From Syntrophales bacterium (GTDB lineage Bacteria > Desulfobacterota > Syntrophia > Syntrophales > UBA2251): 45,069 bases of DNA. The DNA is taken from contig JALNWL010000002.1 in assembly GCA_023230905.1 (NCBI GenBank), forward strand, positions 1 to 45,069. The letters are read 5' to 3'. Positions 42,234 through 45,069 of the stretch are shown here, in pieces (position 1 is the stretch's first letter; every line of letters begins with the position of its first letter). The notes beneath the pieces are model-generated. The model saw only the letters and a program-made list of their open reading frames with translations, did not search any database and was not told where the DNA came from. The position numbers and the translations under genes were made by a program.

Positions 42234-42247
42234 ATTGATCAGTCAAT
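42234..42247. promoter_or_regulatory. operator-like site ATTGATCAGTCAAT related to the tetR palindrome
   Basis: Shares GAGTGTG-(0-2 nt)-GATTGA...TCAGTCA with the 36155-36178 region. Lies 28 nt upstream of ATG 42275. Confidence 0.35.
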
Positions 42248-42274
42248 CTCAAATTCATTATAAGGAGGAATCAG

Positions 42275-43741
42275 ATGTCGCGTAAGCCGTTCAAAGTCCC
42301 GAGAAACAAAGAAGAGATCATGACCTGGATTAACAGCATCCCGATGTATCGGGAGGATCAGCCGCTGGACCTGTCCTTCAAGAGCCAGGAAGAGATCCGC
42401 GGCGTCCAGGACGCGGCGCTCGTCAAGCAGATGGAGCGCCTGGGAAAGTTCAGCCCGTACTATCGGGAGAAGTTCAAGGAGTGGGGCCTCGATTACCCGT
42501 CCATCAAGACCCTCGACGACCTGGAGAAGGTGCCGCTGACGAGCAAGGCCGACTTCATGAAGGACCGGGGCGAGTCCTTCAAGCTCGACATGGATTTCGA
42601 GCACATCATGGAATATATCCTCTACGAGATCACCTACACCACCGGCACGACAACGGGGATGCCCTCCCGGTTTTACAACACGACCTACGACATGTTCATG
42701 CAGTCCTGGATGTTCCGGATCGGTTGCAAGCTCTGCTATCTCGAGCCGGACGACATCCTGATGAACCTCTTCCCCTATCACTTCATTCCCCATATCGGGT
42801 ACTACAAGACCGTCCATTTCGCCTCCGCCGTGGGCATGTCGATGTGCTGGGGCTTTACCGGCGCGCCGCTGCCAGGCTTCCCCTACAACATCCACCGCTC
42901 CATGCAACAGGCGATCGAGGACATCGAGAAGAAGAAGGTCAATGCCCTCTCCGGAATCGCCTCCTACATCCGCCGCTTGATCATGGTGGCCGAGGAGCAG
43001 GGGCGTGACCTCTCCCGGATCAACAAGATCCAGGCCCTGGGCGAGGCTGTTCCCAAGGGGATGCGGGACGATATCCGCCGGCGCCTTCAGGGGATGGGCG
43101 CGGGCGATGTGTATATCAGCAACGCGTTCGGATTTACCGAGGCGCAGACCGCCTTCCAGGAATGTCAGGAACTGGGGGGTGCCCATTCCGGAACCCCGCA
43201 GCTCGCCTATTTCGAGGCCGTCGATGAGAACGGGAAACGCAAGCCGGACGGCGAGCCGGGCCTGCTGTGCATTACGCACCTGGATCGCCGGGGAACCTGT
43301 CTGCTGCGCTATCTGGTGGGGGACATCGTTGCCGTCACCAACAAGCCCTGTCCGCACTGCGGCCGGAACGACCAGCGGATCGTGACCGCCGTGGGGAGCA
43401 CCTACGGAACGAGGACCAAGGAGTTGATGAAGGTGAAGGGGACCCTGATCAACCCCGAAACGATGCGGGATGCCGTGGCCAATACCCCCGGCGTGGTCGA
43501 GTACCAGTTCGTCGTTACGAAGGAGAAGGCGGATGATCCCTATTCGATGGATATGCTGAAACTTCGGGTTGGCGCCGATAAAGGGGCCGATCTGGCCTCG
43601 CTGGAGAAGGTCCTGAAGGAGAAGGTGAAGAAGGCCGTCGAATTGACGCCGAAGGTGGAGTTCGTGCCGCTCTCCGAGATCTTCAACCCCGGCGCTACAC
43701 TGAAGGCGACGCGCATCGTGGATGAGCGTCCGCAGGAGTAG
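42275..43741 (+). CDS. PaaK / coenzyme F390 synthetase-family adenylate-forming ligase
   Basis: ITYTTGTTTGMPSRF P-loop-like motif and an FGFTE hinge. Strong RBS (AAGGAGG). Confidence 0.8.
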   Translation: MSRKPFKVPRNKEEIMTWINSIPMYREDQPLDLSFKSQEEIRGVQDAALVKQMERLGKFSPYYREKFKEWGLDYPSIKTLDDLEKVPLTSKADFMKDRGESFKLDMDFEHIMEYILYEITYTTGTTTGMPSRFYNTTYDMFMQSWMFRIGCKLCYLEPDDILMNLFPYHFIPHIGYYKTVHFASAVGMSMCWGFTGAPLPGFPYNIHRSMQQAIEDIEKKKVNALSGIASYIRRLIMVAEEQGRDLSRINKIQALGEAVPKGMRDDIRRRLQGMGAGDVYISNAFGFTEAQTAFQECQELGGAHSGTPQLAYFEAVDENGKRKPDGEPGLLCITHLDRRGTCLLRYLVGDIVAVTNKPCPHCGRNDQRIVTAVGSTYGTRTKELMKVKGTLINPETMRDAVANTPGVVEYQFVVTKEKADDPYSMDMLKLRVGADKGADLASLEKVLKEKVKKAVELTPKVEFVPLSEIFNPGATLKATRIVDERPQE

Positions 43742-43782
43742 TTCGCCGCCGGACGTTTCGTCCGTGGCTTAGGGAAGAAGGC

Positions 43783-43820
43783 CCCCGCGGCGGCAGGCGT
43801 TTCGCGCCTGCCGCGCGGGG
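43783..43820 (+). terminator. strong GC hairpin downstream of the PaaK-like gene
   Basis: CCCCGCGGCGGCAGGCG-loop-CGCCTGCCGCGCGGGG has at least 10 contiguous bp. Only a weak T-tract follows. Confidence 0.45.
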
Positions 43821-44048
43821 CCGGTCCCGCGTTCTTTGAAAACAGGATTCGATGCTGTTCGCAGGACCTGTCCCCGGCGATGCCCGGTTTCGAAACCGGC
43901 GGCGCGAGGGGAGCCGCAGGTCGGCACAGGCGTGGAAGGCTTTCGGCTCGGCCTCCGGAACGTTGACCCGGACGTTCCGGGGGCGCCGGTCGGGAGGAGA
44001 GATGTCAACGATACATCGTCCGCAGGGCATAAAAAAAGGAGGTCTGTC

Positions 44049-45069
44049 ATGGCGCGAGTGATGGATGATTTCTTCAGGCAGCACGCAGCGGAACAGCCCG
44101 ACCAGGAGGCGCTCGTCTACAAGGACCGGCGCTTCACGTACCGGCAGTACGACGAGATCACCGACCGGGTCGCCATGGGGCTTCTCGGCATCGGCGTCAA
44201 GCGGGGGGACCGCGTCGGGATCTACGTCCCCAACTGGCCGGAATTTATCTTCGCCTATCTGGGCGCGGCCAAGATCGGCGCCGTGGCCGTCCCGGTCAGC
44301 TGGCGCTTCACGGCCCAGGAGATCAAGTTCGTCCTGGACGACGCCGGAATCTCCGCCCTGGTGATGGCGGCCGGCTTCATGGGGATGGACTTCGTCCAGA
44401 ACCTCAAGGCGGCGCGGAAGGAACTGCCGCTGCTGAAGAAGGTGGTGATCCTCGAAGAGGACAAGGCCGAGGCGGGGATGATCCCGTGGGCGAGATTTCT
44501 GGCCGAACCGGGCCCGGCCCTGGAGCAGGCCCAGGCGGCCGTCGAGCCGGATGACCCCATGCTGTTTCTCTACACGTCGGGCACCACCGGGATTCCCAAG
44601 GCGGCCATGCTGACCCATAAAAACCTGATCTCCTATACGAACGGCCAGAATGCGGCCTCCGATTACGGGAAGGGGCACACGCTGCTGTTGAACATTCCGC
44701 TGAACCACGTGGGCGGCGCCGTCATGGCGGTCATCGCCACGCTCAACTCGGGGAACAAGCTCGTCATCATGGACATGTTCGTCCCGGAGGAGACCCTGCA
44801 GATCATCGAAAAGGAACGCGTGACCATCATCGGGCAGGTGCCGGCCCAATACGCCCTGGAGCTGCTCAACCCCAACGTGGAGAAGTACGATCTGAGCACG
44901 ATTCAGACGGCCATCGTCTCCAGCCAGCCCTGTCCCTCGGAGCTGATTCTGGCGATCAAGCAGCGGATGGGGGTCATGCCGCAGAACGCCTACGGCCTGA
45001 CGGAGGTCAGCGGCGCCATCACCTTCACGCACCCCAGTCATGGCGAGGAAAAGCTCAAGCACAGCGTCG
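44049..45069 (+). CDS. AMP-dependent acyl-CoA synthetase, 5' partial (runs off the window end)
   Basis: Absent from the ORF track because there is no stop. AAAGGAGG lies 7 nt before ATG 44049. Translation gives FLYTSGTTGIPKAAMLTHKN and YGLTE. Confidence 0.85.
   Translation, partial: MARVMDDFFRQHAAEQPDQEALVYKDRRFTYRQYDEITDRVAMGLLGIGVKRGDRVGIYVPNWPEFIFAYLGAAKIGAVAVPVSWRFTAQEIKFVLDDAGISALVMAAGFMGMDFVQNLKAARKELPLLKKVVILEEDKAEAGMIPWARFLAEPGPALEQAQAAVEPDDPMLFLYTSGTTGIPKAAMLTHKNLISYTNGQNAASDYGKGHTLLLNIPLNHVGGAVMAVIATLNSGNKLVIMDMFVPEETLQIIEKERVTIIGQVPAQYALELLNPNVEKYDLSTIQTAIVSSQPCPSELILAIKQRMGVMPQNAYGLTEVSGAITFTHPSHGEEKLKHSV

Overview
GC-rich bacterial chromosomal window (by eye about 60-65% GC) with about 38 protein genes on both strands. 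Most are housekeeping: purL/purQ, pyrG, ilvE, moaC, fhs, glmM, mdh, lolA, comM, fis, rnk. Gene content (formate-THF ligase, a periplasmic FeS/cytochrome b module, a sigma-54 promoter, a selenoprotein, many acyl-CoA genes) suggests an anaerobic deltaproteobacterium-like organism; that is inference only. I found no rRNA, tRNA, CRISPR array, IS or phage genes. High GC produces very long antisense shadow ORFs, which I reject below. Main findings: (1) a bcp peroxiredoxin with an in-frame TGA at the peroxidatic Cys codon and a hairpin just downstream, so a likely selenocysteine protein that the ORF track splits; (2) a 1281-aa GlmS-like amidotransferase/isomerase with a 47-aa leader before the catalytic Cys, a large insertion and an extra C-terminal domain. 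It sits behind a near-consensus sigma-54 promoter, follows a GlmU-C-terminal-like beta-helix protein, and overlaps pyrG by 4 nt; (3) mdh interrupted by one in-frame TAG at a conserved Tyr codon; (4) an AT-rich 250-bp island with three clustered DnaA-box-like motifs; (5) a TetR-headed acyl-CoA operon with a perfect 14-bp palindromic operator and a related internal site, plus a degenerate PP2C-like gene and a PHP phosphoesterase gene; (6) an FdnH/FdnI-like FeS plus cytochrome b pair with no catalytic subunit gene; (7) a CHASE2 Ser/Thr kinase, PP2C and double-FHA cassette. All functional calls rest on motif recognition by eye. No database search was run.
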